A stretch of 64,000 nucleotides of DNA from Spirochaetaceae bacterium (GCA_051531975.1 JAOPTT010000001.1:32001-96000), one strand, 5' to 3'. Counted from the stretch's first letter, positions 20,819 through 29,643 are shown. The notes: generated by a model not told the origin, from the letters alone. Numbers and translations are program-made.

Positions 20819-20968
20819 AAAGTACCCAAACCATAATCTAATTAAAAATTCTATGTTATCCAAAAACATTATAACTCTATACAAACCAGTCTCGCCCATA
20901 ACCCCCAATCTGTATACATAACTAAAGTTATATTTTTGGCTATAAACACCCTCTTTTTACGAGTATTA

Positions 20969-21559
20969 CTAAGATTTAAGGAATTTATACAAAGTAGTCC
21001 GACTAATACCAACAGCACTAGCAACAACACTCTTTTGTTCCCCTAATGATAACAAAGCATTTATTTGTAATGCCTTTTGCTTTGTTATCTTTGTGGATCC
21101 TTTTGGCCTGCCAAGAATGACACCTCTCTCTTTAGCTCGTTGAATACCTAGCTTTGTTCTTTCACCTAACAGTTTAACTTCTCTTTTAGCTAAAGAGAGC
21201 TGCAGATCGAATATAAACTCTTCTTCTGCAGACATACCTTTCTTGATTGTTAGATTAGACATAACTACATAGATCTCAAGATCTTCTCTTACATCTGTTA
21301 TATGTCTTAGCAGCTTTAAACCATCCCTGGTGTTTCTACCTATCCTGGATATCTCTGTTACAACTATCTTTTTAACTTCAGGATTTATTATATGATCCCA
21401 GAGTTTCCGGTTCTCTAACTTGGTTTTAGATGCTGATACTTGCTCTAGAATAATGTCATTGAATTTCATATTCATCATCTCTTCGTATCGCTTAAAAAAA
21501 GTGCTATATTTATCTTTGTCCTGGTCTACAGAACTTACTCTACTGTATGCAATTATCAT
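20969..21559 (-). CDS. Serine site-specific recombinase (resolvase/invertase family)
   Basis: YSRVSS catalytic motif, VVTEISRIGRN, ERTKLG..RAKERG..LGRP, C-terminal HTH GISRTTLYK. Confidence 0.92.
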   Translation of the reverse strand: MIIAYSRVSSVDQDKDKYSTFFKRYEEMMNMKFNDIILEQVSASKTKLENRKLWDHIINPEVKKIVVTEISRIGRNTRDGLKLLRHITDVREDLEIYVVMSNLTIKKGMSAEEEFIFDLQLSLAKREVKLLGERTKLGIQRAKERGVILGRPKGSTKITKQKALQINALLSLGEQKSVVASAVGISRTTLYKFLKS

Positions 21560-21705
21560 ATGTTTTTAATTGTATAGCTGTTTTATTTACATGTATATTA
21601 CTATTTTGTTTAATTTAATCTCATGTCAGCTTATTTTTCTTACATGTTTCGGTGGTTTGACTCTGTTTGTTGTGTGTTCAGAAAAACGAACGATTATTTG
21701 GACAC
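21525..21705 (-). repeat. Copy 1 of a recombinase-promoter/crossover-site repeat
   Basis: ~100 bp (recombinase 5' end plus upstream) and a 23-bp block GTGTTCAGAAAAACGAACGATTA recur inverted at 27136-27316. Confidence 0.9.
21674..21705. promoter_or_regulatory. Putative serine-recombinase crossover site (15-bp arms, AA core)
   Basis: GTGTTCAGAAAAACG-AA-CGATTATTTGGACAC imperfect dyad, 130 bp upstream of the recombinase ATG. Confidence 0.65.
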
Positions 21706-21762
21706 TATTTATAAATAAAAAAGGCTATGTTCAGATAGCCTATAAATTAACTGATATTTTTT

Positions 21763-21798
21763 CATAAGGATAAGGTCACCTGACCTACAAAGTAGGTC
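21763..21798 (-). repeat. Cassette trailer copy 1 with GACCTAC-AAA-GTAGGTC hairpin
   Basis: About 25/35 identity to 25431-25465, inverted. Confidence 0.55.
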
Positions 21799-21839
21799 CA
21801 CAGTTATATTATGGTTTCTCTAGTTTTTAATATTGATAT

Positions 21840-22229
21840 TTATTTAAAATATTTCTTTCTTCTTAAGTTGTTTAAAAACAGTAATATAATAAAAACAATG
21901 AAATACTGAATATAGTTAATAATATAACCTTGACTTAACTCTTGCATTTTAAATTGATTAACTAACTTTGGAATCAATGCTAATAAAAGGTAAACAATGA
22001 TTGGGAGAATTCCGAATAGCTTCTTTTTAGAAACAGCAATTGCAGCTATCAGCAATAAGAGACCTAAACTAAATGATCTTACTTTAAAGAATAATGGCAT
22101 TGATTCAAAATAACTTGTAATTGGTTCAATTCCTAAATGAAACATAATAATCGTTGCTAAATTAGCAACAATATAAATCGAACTCATTATAAATAATAAC
22201 ACTATTGCTAGGCATGCTTTATTCCTCAT
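21840..22229 (-). CDS. Small multi-pass membrane protein, probable orphan immunity protein
   Basis: 129 aa, 4 TM; preceded by a broken toxin-tail-like frame ending ...FKGFGLIGE*. Confidence 0.55.
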   Translation of the reverse strand: MRNKACLAIVLLFIMSSIYIVANLATIIMFHLGIEPITSYFESMPLFFKVRSFSLGLLLLIAAIAVSKKKLFGILPIIVYLLLALIPKLVNQFKMQELSQGYIINYIQYFIVFIILLFLNNLRRKKYFK

Positions 22230-22449
22230 ATTTAATTTATTCTCCTATAAGACCAAATCCTTTAAACTTAGATTGATTTTCATCTTCAATTTTTGATTAG
22301 TACTTCTCACTTATTGGTGTTAGTTTTTCAATAGCAACTTCTTGAGATTCTATATTTTCATCATAATATTTATTACTACAATCATTCCCAGTTGCCGAAT
22401 CCAATCCGACTATTATTATTAATTGAACTTCATATGAAGTTTTTGTTTT

Positions 22450-22632
22450 TTATTTTTCTTTGGATTTATTTTTTTTAATATCAATAATAGATGTAATTAA
22501 TAAGCCAACTCCCAAAACAGCAAAAAAAATAGGTAAAGTATAATCTTTTAATTTAAAAATACTTATAGAAATAGCCGTTAATAATGCAACCTCTAATAAT
22601 ATTAGTAATATAATTCTATAAGCTTTCTTCAT
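22450..22632 (-). CDS. 60-aa two-TM protein, probable orphan immunity protein
   Basis: RBS AGGAGG, two hydrophobic helices, lysine-rich tail; preceded by stub ...ILEGQIIPNTSSIIIEKEVQ*. Confidence 0.5.
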   Translation of the reverse strand: MKKAYRIILLILLEVALLTAISISIFKLKDYTLPIFFAVLGVGLLITSIIDIKKNKSKEK

Positions 22633-22746
22633 TATTTATTATTGAACCTCCTTTTCAATGATGATACTGCTTGTGTTAGGTATAATTTGTCCTTCAAGAA
22701 TCGTAATATTGGATCTACGGCACCAGCACCTGATAGATTCTTATTT

Positions 22747-23055
22747 TTAATCTGCAATTGCTGATAAACCCCGATTCATTTCTAAAGCTTTATTACATAA
22801 ATCAATTAAATTTGTAGTAATTAAATGCAAATTATTTTCTTTATAACTTTTTCCTAAAATCTGGATTTCATCTTTGAAAGTTTGTACTTCAGATGGTGTT
22901 ATATTCACATCTTCATAATATTCACTTAACTGAAGAAATATATTTAACTTAATTTCTTTTGCTTTTTGAATTAAATCATAGTGCTCATTGGAATTCATTC
23001 CAACTTGAACTTCTGGTTTTCCTTCGTTATCTAAAATAGCAATATCAAATGACAT
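22747..23055 (-). CDS. Hypothetical cytoplasmic protein, probable orphan immunity protein
   Basis: 102 aa acidic protein directly downstream of an RHS-core mini-ORF. Confidence 0.55.
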   Translation of the reverse strand: MSFDIAILDNEGKPEVQVGMNSNEHYDLIQKAKEIKLNIFLQLSEYYEDVNITPSEVQTFKDEIQILGKSYKENNLHLITTNLIDLCNKALEMNRGLSAIAD

Positions 23056-23094
23056 TTATTTTCTCACTTAGACTATATCTGCTGCCAATCATCA

Positions 23095-23184
23095 CTAAAT
23101 TTCCTCAATAAGTCCAGTAGGATCAATAAAATTAATAGGATTGTTTTCTATATATTTATCAAAGACGCAACCATACTTAATCAT
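23095..23184 (-). pseudogene. RHS-core-end mini-ORF MIKYGCVFDKYIENNPINFIDPTGLIEEI*
   Basis: YxxNNPxxxxDPxGL is the conserved end of RHS cores, preceding toxin tips. Confidence 0.75.
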
Positions 23185-23283
23185 TTAATATCTTAACCTT
23201 TTATTATTATCTGAGCTACCAATTTAAATTTATCAAGATTTAAATTCCGAGATGAGGTAGACAGAGTGATAATTATCGGAAGT
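23128..23283 (-). repeat. Cassette leader copy 1 (~155 bp) beginning with a dif-like 28-mer
   Basis: Inverted, high-identity copy at 24758-24913. Confidence 0.9.
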
Positions 23284-23425
23284 TAAGCTTCTCAATTGAA
23301 ATAAGACAATAGGATTGAGGGATATCCATTATTTAAATTAGAACATGTAGGGAAGAAAAGGATTCTATGGAATATTACCTTTGAAGGTAATGTGTTAGCT
23401 GATTCCAGAATATTAGGCATAGTTT

Positions 23426-24172
23426 TTATTCACTAATGTATTTTTCATTAATAATTACTCCTTGTCTAATTCCTATACTAATATTGTTTCCATTATCAAT
23501 TACATGACCAAAACTTTTTGTAGAGCCTATAAATTTACCTATGAATATGGATCTATTAGATTTAATAATTTCAGACCAAATTCCCGTAGTTACCATAAAG
23601 TCAGTATTATCTTCATTTAAATTAATAGATTCTAAAAAATCTTTTTTAAAGTTGATAAAATTTTTATTGTCAAAATTTGCAAATGGGTATATTTTATTGC
23701 CATTTAAATTGAGAAATAGCATTAGTAAATGTTTTAATGATTCTTCTCCTATTTTCTGAATAACTTTAGAAGAGTTATCATCTAATTGTAGTATCTCTAT
23801 ATCATTATTATTATACATAAATGATATAGAAATATTCTCTATAAGCGACAATGAAGATCTTGATTGTATTGGAATGTTAAGTAAATCATTATGAATATTG
23901 TTTAATTCATGAGGGATGTCATTTTCTTTTATATTTCTAGAAATATTTTCCATTGTTAAAGTATATTCTTTTTCATCATTTTCAATGATATTAACATTCC
24001 AACTGACTTTATGTTGTTCAAATGGATGTGTAAAAGGGGATATATTTAAACTAATGTAATACGCATCTTTTATAGATAATATATATGAGTTTTCGTGTGA
24101 ATCTCTTGTATTAAGTGTAGTACAAGATGAAATTACTAATATAAATATGGTTATAATATAACTTTTTCTCAT
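23426..24172 (-). CDS. Hypothetical lipoprotein (possible immunity protein)
   Basis: Signal with lipobox ISSC; 248 aa. Confidence 0.6.
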   Translation of the reverse strand: MRKSYIITIFILVISSCTTLNTRDSHENSYILSIKDAYYISLNISPFTHPFEQHKVSWNVNIIENDEKEYTLTMENISRNIKENDIPHELNNIHNDLLNIPIQSRSSLSLIENISISFMYNNNDIEILQLDDNSSKVIQKIGEESLKHLLMLFLNLNGNKIYPFANFDNKNFINFKKDFLESINLNEDNTDFMVTTGIWSEIIKSNRSIFIGKFIGSTKSFGHVIDNGNNISIGIRQGVIINEKYISE

Positions 24173-24757
24173 TTACTTTTATTCCTTCATTAACCTACCC
24201 TGAGAAATAATTTAATATCAAAAATTCTGATGTGTTAGAACCTTAATAGGGTTGATCATGTTTATGTATTTTTTCTCACAAATCAATAAAAATTATTATA
24301 GCCCGTATAGTCTGCTCTGAATATACAAATAATTGCTTCTATTTTTTATTATATTCAAAATCGCATAATATAATGTAGCATCTATATATTGCGTTGAAGG
24401 CAATAAAGCTCCTTAAGATGAGTTTAAGTTTAACGTTGAAAGACTTGGACTTTAAGGAATTCAGTTTAAAGAAGTGTGTTCTAACGAATCTTAATCTTTA
24501 GGTTACTATAAAACAAAAAGTTTTAGCCTTACCCAGTAGAACAGAAGACTGGTTCTTTTGTGAAATTTTACCGAACTATTGACTTCGTTTATTGTCTTAA
24601 TTGCTAATCGTTTGGGTTATTTATACATAGGGCTGTTATACCTTCAACTAAACTAAGTTCACAACGAATAAACCGTATTCTGATCTTTCCCAAAGGGCAT
24701 TCCCTCGCTATGTGGGGTAATAGCTATACAACATACACATGCAGCAGTGAGACAGTT

Positions 24758-24913
24758 GCTTCCGATAATTATCATTCTGTCTACCTCTGATCGGAATTTA
24801 AACCTTGATAAATCTAATTAAGTAGCTCAGATAATAATTAAAGGTTAAGATATTAGAATGCTTAAATATGGTTGCATCTTGGATAAGTACATAGAAAATA
24901 ATCCGATTAACTA
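24758..24913 (+). repeat. Cassette leader copy 2 (~155 bp) beginning with a dif-like 28-mer
   Basis: GCTTCCGATAA-TTATCA-TTCTGTCTACC..., inverted relative to 23128-23283. Confidence 0.9.
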
Positions 24914-24917
24914 TTAG
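24858..24917 (+). pseudogene. RHS-core-end mini-ORF MLKYGCILDKYIENNPINY*
   Basis: Paralog of 23095-23184, truncated before DPxG. Confidence 0.7.
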
Positions 24918-24958
24918 ATTCATTTTAAGTTTTAGGCGCAGTACGCTAGGAGGTGAAA

Positions 24959-25387
24959 ATGATACAACGACTGAATGTGAGTAATTTACTAGCTTTATTG
25001 ATGTTACTTTACTGTCTATTTATACCAACATTTAAATTAAATGCTTTGAACTTTGAGAAGGAAGCAATAGATAAGATTCATGTTGTATTTAGTAATGATT
25101 ATGAGAATGGTGAATCATATGAGTTTGATATAGAAGGATATGCCAAAGATGGATTTCTTTATATTCTAACGAAATCTAAGGAAACAGATTATTTACCATT
25201 AATGGAGTTAGATGAAGGTAGTTATATAATTAGTCTAATTTCTGAAGGTGAAATTATAGAAGTTTTTAGTTTAAAATTAATTGATACTTTTCATAGGAAA
25301 AGTAATAATATCTTTTATGAGAATCTTAATCTTACAAGCGTTTTGAGAAAGCATGTAATCAAAGTTTTGACAAATAAAAAACAATAA
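24959..25387 (+). CDS. Hypothetical exported protein, probable orphan immunity protein
   Basis: RBS GGAGG before ATG 24959; signal peptide; overlaps stub FRRSTLGGENDTTTECE* (24931-24984). Confidence 0.55.
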   Translation: MIQRLNVSNLLALLMLLYCLFIPTFKLNALNFEKEAIDKIHVVFSNDYENGESYEFDIEGYAKDGFLYILTKSKETDYLPLMELDEGSYIISLISEGEIIEVFSLKLIDTFHRKSNNIFYENLNLTSVLRKHVIKVLTNKKQ

Positions 25388-25430
25388 TGATTTAATATAA
25401 CAATTTTACTATAAGAGTCCGGTGGAATAG

Positions 25431-25466
25431 AACCTACTCAATAGGTCAGTTAGCCTTGCCTTTATA
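25431..25466 (+). repeat. Cassette trailer copy 2
   Basis: ACCTACT-CAA-TAGGTCAG...CCTT, similar to 21763-21798 inverted. Confidence 0.55.
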
Positions 25467-25483
25467 GCTTTGAATTAAGTTTA

Positions 25484-25996
25484 CTATCTAAATTGCAGTC
25501 TATATGGTTTATTTAAATCCTTAATATAATATTTGATTGATGTAATCCTATGATTTTTTATTATAAAACTTTTTGTTGTTTTTCTTTCTTTAATTGAATA
25601 CGACATACCTTCATTATTAAGTTTGTTTAGGATAAAATTCCAACTAGAATCTGTTGAAATATTAAATTCATCAATAAGAAAATCGAATTCAAAATCATCA
25701 TTTGTGTTATAGAATTGAAACATAACTGAACCTATTTTTTTAGTACCTTCTGGAACATAAAAATTTAATCTATAATCATCAAAGTAATAACCAATAGATT
25801 TTGGAATAGATTCAATTTCGTATCCAATATCAATTGATTTACAAACCTCTTCGATGTCAGAACCTAATAATATAGTCTTCTCTTGATAAGTAAAGTTCTC
25901 ACCTTCAACTTTAAAGTCATACTTTTCATTACAACTTACTGTTGAGATAAATACTATAGTAATTAATAATCCACCTAAAACTCTTTTTAATTCCAC
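25484..25996 (-). CDS. Hypothetical lipoprotein, probable orphan immunity protein
   Basis: GTG start at 25996 with RBS AAGGAG, lipobox TVSC; preceded by stub ...RNLPKKFKEYDNSDCPK*. Confidence 0.55.
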   Translation of the reverse strand: MELKRVLGGLLITIVFISTVSCNEKYDFKVEGENFTYQEKTILLGSDIEEVCKSIDIGYEIESIPKSIGYYFDDYRLNFYVPEGTKKIGSVMFQFYNTNDDFEFDFLIDEFNISTDSSWNFILNKLNNEGMSYSIKERKTTKSFIIKNHRITSIKYYIKDLNKPYRLQFR

Positions 25997-26084
25997 ATAT
26001 AACTCCTTTATTTGGGACAATCACTATTGTCATATTCTTTTAAACTTCTTTGGAAGATTCCTGTAGTAAAAATCTTTTATATTA

Positions 26085-27116
26085 TTAGTCTAGTATTCCA
26101 AATTCCTCATTATCCTCAGTAAGACTAATAGTCTCAGTAGACTTAAAATCATTATAGTACTTTTTATCAAATTCAATTTCAGGATTATTGCCTTCTTTAA
26201 TCCAGGTAATTTCACTCTCAAAAATATTATTTATATATTTATTTGCTTTTACTAGTTCTTTATTTAACTCTTTATTTATTCTTTTTAGTTTATCATCATT
26301 ATTACCATTCACTTTTACACCTGTAACTTTTTGCATAGATAATGTTAGAGCTGCAATTTCTTTATAGTATTCTTTTATTTTACTTTTGTTACTATAATTA
26401 CTTGCCATTAAATAACTTCTAGCAGAAAGTAAGAAAGCTCCTTTTTCATATAACAAATCACCTAAAGCAGATAGTAAAATTGGAGAATTATAAAACCCAA
26501 ATTTTAACATTCCAGAGATTCCTATAATTGCCTTATTTCGCTCCTTTGAGTCATATTTAATACCATTTGAAACATAAATATCTTTTAAATATGAATTAAA
26601 ACTATGTTCTTTAAAATAATCATAAGTTATAACATTTGTATAATTAGTTTTTACTGAGAGAATATATTCGATAAGAAATATTTGGAATTGTTCTCTCCCA
26701 AAATGCGCATCAGGATTAATCTTTATTGATTCTTTTAGATACTTTAAACCTTCTTTTAATTGACCAGAATGTATATATATAGTCCCTAAGTTAGCTAAGG
26801 TTTCATATCTATTATTATAATCTATTAGTTGTTTATTTTGTAAATTTAGAGCTAATTGACTCTTCCCAACTTTATCATATGCAATGGCTAAATCATCTAT
26901 ATCATGCTGTGTATAAATCCCTGAACCAATTTTCTTTTTCCTATCATTAATTCTCCATTCATAAAATTCTGTAGAATGTCTTAAGAATTGTCCTGTTATA
27001 AGTTCTTGTAAACCTGGGAATGTTTGCTTTTCCATTTTAATTGTATCGTAATCCCAAGCACATGAGAAAATATTCATGGCTTTGAATAACAGTGTAATAA
27101 TCATAATTTTTTTCAT
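26085..27116 (-). CDS. Exported TPR-repeat protein
   Basis: Signal peptide; TLANLGTIYIHSG...ESIKINPDAHFGRE TPR motif. Confidence 0.65.
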   Translation of the reverse strand: MKKIMIITLLFKAMNIFSCAWDYDTIKMEKQTFPGLQELITGQFLRHSTEFYEWRINDRKKKIGSGIYTQHDIDDLAIAYDKVGKSQLALNLQNKQLIDYNNRYETLANLGTIYIHSGQLKEGLKYLKESIKINPDAHFGREQFQIFLIEYILSVKTNYTNVITYDYFKEHSFNSYLKDIYVSNGIKYDSKERNKAIIGISGMLKFGFYNSPILLSALGDLLYEKGAFLLSARSYLMASNYSNKSKIKEYYKEIAALTLSMQKVTGVKVNGNNDDKLKRINKELNKELVKANKYINNIFESEITWIKEGNNPEIEFDKKYYNDFKSTETISLTEDNEEFGILD

Positions 27117-27135
27117 ATTTTGATTATATATTGTA

Positions 27136-27316
27136 ATGTAAAATTAATCGTTCGTTTTTCTGAACACCGAACTCAATAAGTTCGGGAGACAATATATGTA
27201 ATAAAAAACAATTACTATAAGATTAAACTAAACAAAAATCTAATATACATGTAAATAAAACAGTTATACAATTAAAAACATATGATAATTGCATACAGTA
27301 GAGTAAGTTCTGTGGA
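27136..27316 (+). repeat. Copy 2 of the recombinase-promoter/crossover-site repeat (inverted)
   Basis: Crossover-like core TT at 27151-27152, 130 bp before ATG 27282, the same spacing as copy 1. Confidence 0.9.
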
Positions 27317-27317
27317 T
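27282..27317 (+). pseudogene. Truncated second serine recombinase (first 12 codons MIIAYSRVSSVD)
   Basis: Same N-terminus as 20969-21559, then unrelated sequence. Confidence 0.85.
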
Positions 27318-27516
27318 AAAATACTAAAGATATATTTACATGGTAAATTTTATTTTGATTTTTATATGTATATTACTTAAACGAGACGCCTTCTTAGATA
27401 TTACTTAAAAAACTATATTATTTATTTTGTATATAACTAAGTATATTATCCAAAAACAGTTCTAAATGTGTGTATAAATACCGTCCATATTAATAGAATA
27501 TTATTAAGAGGTTATT

Positions 27517-27773
27517 ATGGCTACTAAAACTACATGAATAGAATTCAGGACAGATGTTAATAATAAAAAAATAATAGAAAAGCTGCAATACTAACCGGCC
27601 AAACATTATCATCATATATTTTGAATAAAACACTTGATTCTGCTAAAAAAGATATTGAAGAAATTGAATCTCTTCATTTAGCTGATAAAGATAGAGATGT
27701 CTTTTATTCTTTAATAACTAATCCTCCTGCTCAAAATGAAAATCTTAAAAATTTATTTAATTTAGAACTGTAA
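27517..27773 (+). pseudogene. DUF1778 (TacA/AtaR-like) antitoxin pseudogene
   Basis: MATKTT*IEFRTD..KKIIEK/AAILTGQTLSSYIL...L.DKDRDVFYSLITNPPAQNENLK; in-frame stop plus frameshift. Confidence 0.8.
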
Positions 27774-27775
27774 TA

Positions 27776-27978
27776 ATGCCATTAAATATAGAAATTGTAC
27801 CTGTATCTAAAAAGCTTAGAGCTATTAGGATTTCTTCTGATGTTGCTATAAAATTTATTATTGTAGATGCTTGAATGAAAAATCTAAAGATTTTTATCTA
27901 AGATATGACTTTATAGCATTAGAAGATAATCCATTAATATTTGTTATTTCTATAGATACAATTAAAAATGCAATATAA
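27776..27978 (+). pseudogene. GNAT acetyltransferase toxin pseudogene (internal deletion, frameshift)
   Basis: MPLNIEIVPVSKK joined directly to LRAIRISSDVAIKFIIVDA/NEKSKDFYLRYDF. Confidence 0.75.
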
Positions 27979-28180
27979 TTACCCTCCTAATCAGTTACTA
28001 AATAGAAATCAATAACAGTAAGATCTACATTATTATCAAATTACATATTATACCTAAAGAATAATTATCTTAAATACAAATATTCACTGTCCAAATATAA
28101 CTAATATATAACTTTATTTAATTATAATATTAGTTTTTTTATATTAAAATATACTTATATTCTTATAAAAAGGGAGATAA

Positions 28181-28459
28181 ATGAGTTATATAATAATTAA
28201 TAATAAAAATGCTACCTCAGACAACACCCCACCGTCACAACATAAAAGTTGGCTAGAGTTTTGGGAAAGTAAAAAAGGTTGTAGTGCAGATAAATGTGAA
28301 GTTGAGAACTGTAGTGCAAATGCAGAATTAGGGGGACATGTTATAACGTATGGTAAAGGTGCCAAAGAATATATTTTACCCATGTGTTCTTCATGCCATA
28401 ATAAACCTAGTGGAGAGAAATTTAAAGCATGGGAAAGTTATTTAATATCTGTAAATTAA
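28181..28459 (+). CDS. Small Cys-rich protein, possibly HNH-like/zinc-binding
   Basis: CEVENC...GGHV...ILPMCSSCH; RBS GGGAG. Confidence 0.55.
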   Translation: MSYIIINNKNATSDNTPPSQHKSWLEFWESKKGCSADKCEVENCSANAELGGHVITYGKGAKEYILPMCSSCHNKPSGEKFKAWESYLISVN

Positions 28460-28626
28460 TATTAATGAAAATAATAATTAAAGCTAGAGATTATATTTAT
28501 TAACAGAATAACTATTACTTCTCTTCGTATATTTTTCTTTCATCAGAAAAATATAAATTGCTTGTTATCATAAATGATCTCCCTTAAATTTAATAAAGTA
28601 ACTACATATTTAAAAAGAGGATTATC

Positions 28627-29643
28627 ATGAAGAAAATAGTATTTATATCAATTTTTCTTATATCTGTGACACTATACTCAGCAGAGTTACCAAGAATTGT
28701 AATATTAGAAACAATGACTCTTGAATCTCTACAGGATAGAACAAACAGCCTGATAAGACATCTATCTGACAATGGATATATAGATGGAGAAACTGTTACA
28801 ATTGAAATATATAATGCAGAAAAAGATAGAAACAAAGCTAGGTCACTTTTAAAAGAGGCGTTAAAAATAGGAAAACCTGATCTTGTAATATCTGTGGCAA
28901 CTATTGCATCACAGGAAACTTATAAACTATTAAAAGATACGGAAATACCTCAGCTCTTCTTTTATGTTACTGATCCTGTCAAAGCCGGAATAATAGAAAA
29001 GATGGATGTTGTTACTAATAAAAATATTACTGGATTTGCCCATGTTTTAAAAAATGAAATGTTAATGGAAATTACTCTTAGAATTTTAGAAACTAATGGT
29101 GATAAAAAACCCTACAATATAGGTTTTTTTTATACATCTTATCCTTCGTCAAACTCTGACTTTTTAAATATTCAGAGGGTAGATAAAAACAATACCAAGA
29201 TTAACATTATCCCTTTGTTTATAGAACAACTACCAATGCCTGAAGGATTTGCAAAAATGTTTAAAAGCACCGAGAAAGTACTAAAGGCCAATAGAGAAAA
29301 ATATGATTATATTTGGCTTTCCACAGGACCCCACAGTCTAAATTCAATTTTTTTGGATAAATTAGTAAATTTAATAGAGGTCCCGATTATTTTTGGAGCT
29401 AATATGTTGGCTGTTAAAAAAGGTGCTCTGTTATCAGTAGTATCAACTGCAAATCAAGATGGCCGTTATGCAGGAGAAATTGCCATACAAATTCTTCAAG
29501 GAATACCTGCAGGAGACATTCCTGTTACAAGATCTAAACATTTTGAGGTTGGGGTTAATTTATTAACAGCAGATAAGTTGGGGTCAATTGTTCCATCGGA
29601 TATTTTAGATCTAGCAAGGAATAATATTATATATGAAGATTAG
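28627..29643 (+). CDS. ABC-type substrate-binding protein (ABC_sub_bind family), orphan
   Basis: VTDPVKAGII, QILQGIPAGDIPV, VNLLTADKLG motifs; overlaps the kinase gene. Confidence 0.85.
   Translation: MKKIVFISIFLISVTLYSAELPRIVILETMTLESLQDRTNSLIRHLSDNGYIDGETVTIEIYNAEKDRNKARSLLKEALKIGKPDLVISVATIASQETYKLLKDTEIPQLFFYVTDPVKAGIIEKMDVVTNKNITGFAHVLKNEMLMEITLRILETNGDKKPYNIGFFYTSYPSSNSDFLNIQRVDKNNTKINIIPLFIEQLPMPEGFAKMFKSTEKVLKANREKYDYIWLSTGPHSLNSIFLDKLVNLIEVPIIFGANMLAVKKGALLSVVSTANQDGRYAGEIAIQILQGIPAGDIPVTRSKHFEVGVNLLTADKLGSIVPSDILDLARNNIIYED

Noticed and set aside
20891..20918. Additional dif-like site CTCGCCCATAA-CCCCCA-ATCTGTATACA
   Set aside because: Both arms are too degenerate and there is no supporting repeat boundary
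10055..21559. One large Tn3 transposon comprising tnpA, defence cargo and the serine resolvase
   Set aside because: Both IRs close at 10055 and 13055 and I found no third IR beyond the recombinase
21570..21767. 65-aa ORF upstream of the recombinase
   Set aside because: It overlaps the duplicated promoter/crossover region, has no RBS and has low-complexity composition
24400..24750. Possible IS or IstB remnant (TTNKPYSD frame)
   Set aside because: Too short and interrupted to assign without a database search
21840..26020. Integron cassette array
   Set aside because: No integron integrase, no convincing attC (RYYYAAC...GTTRRRY) sites, and mixed gene orientation
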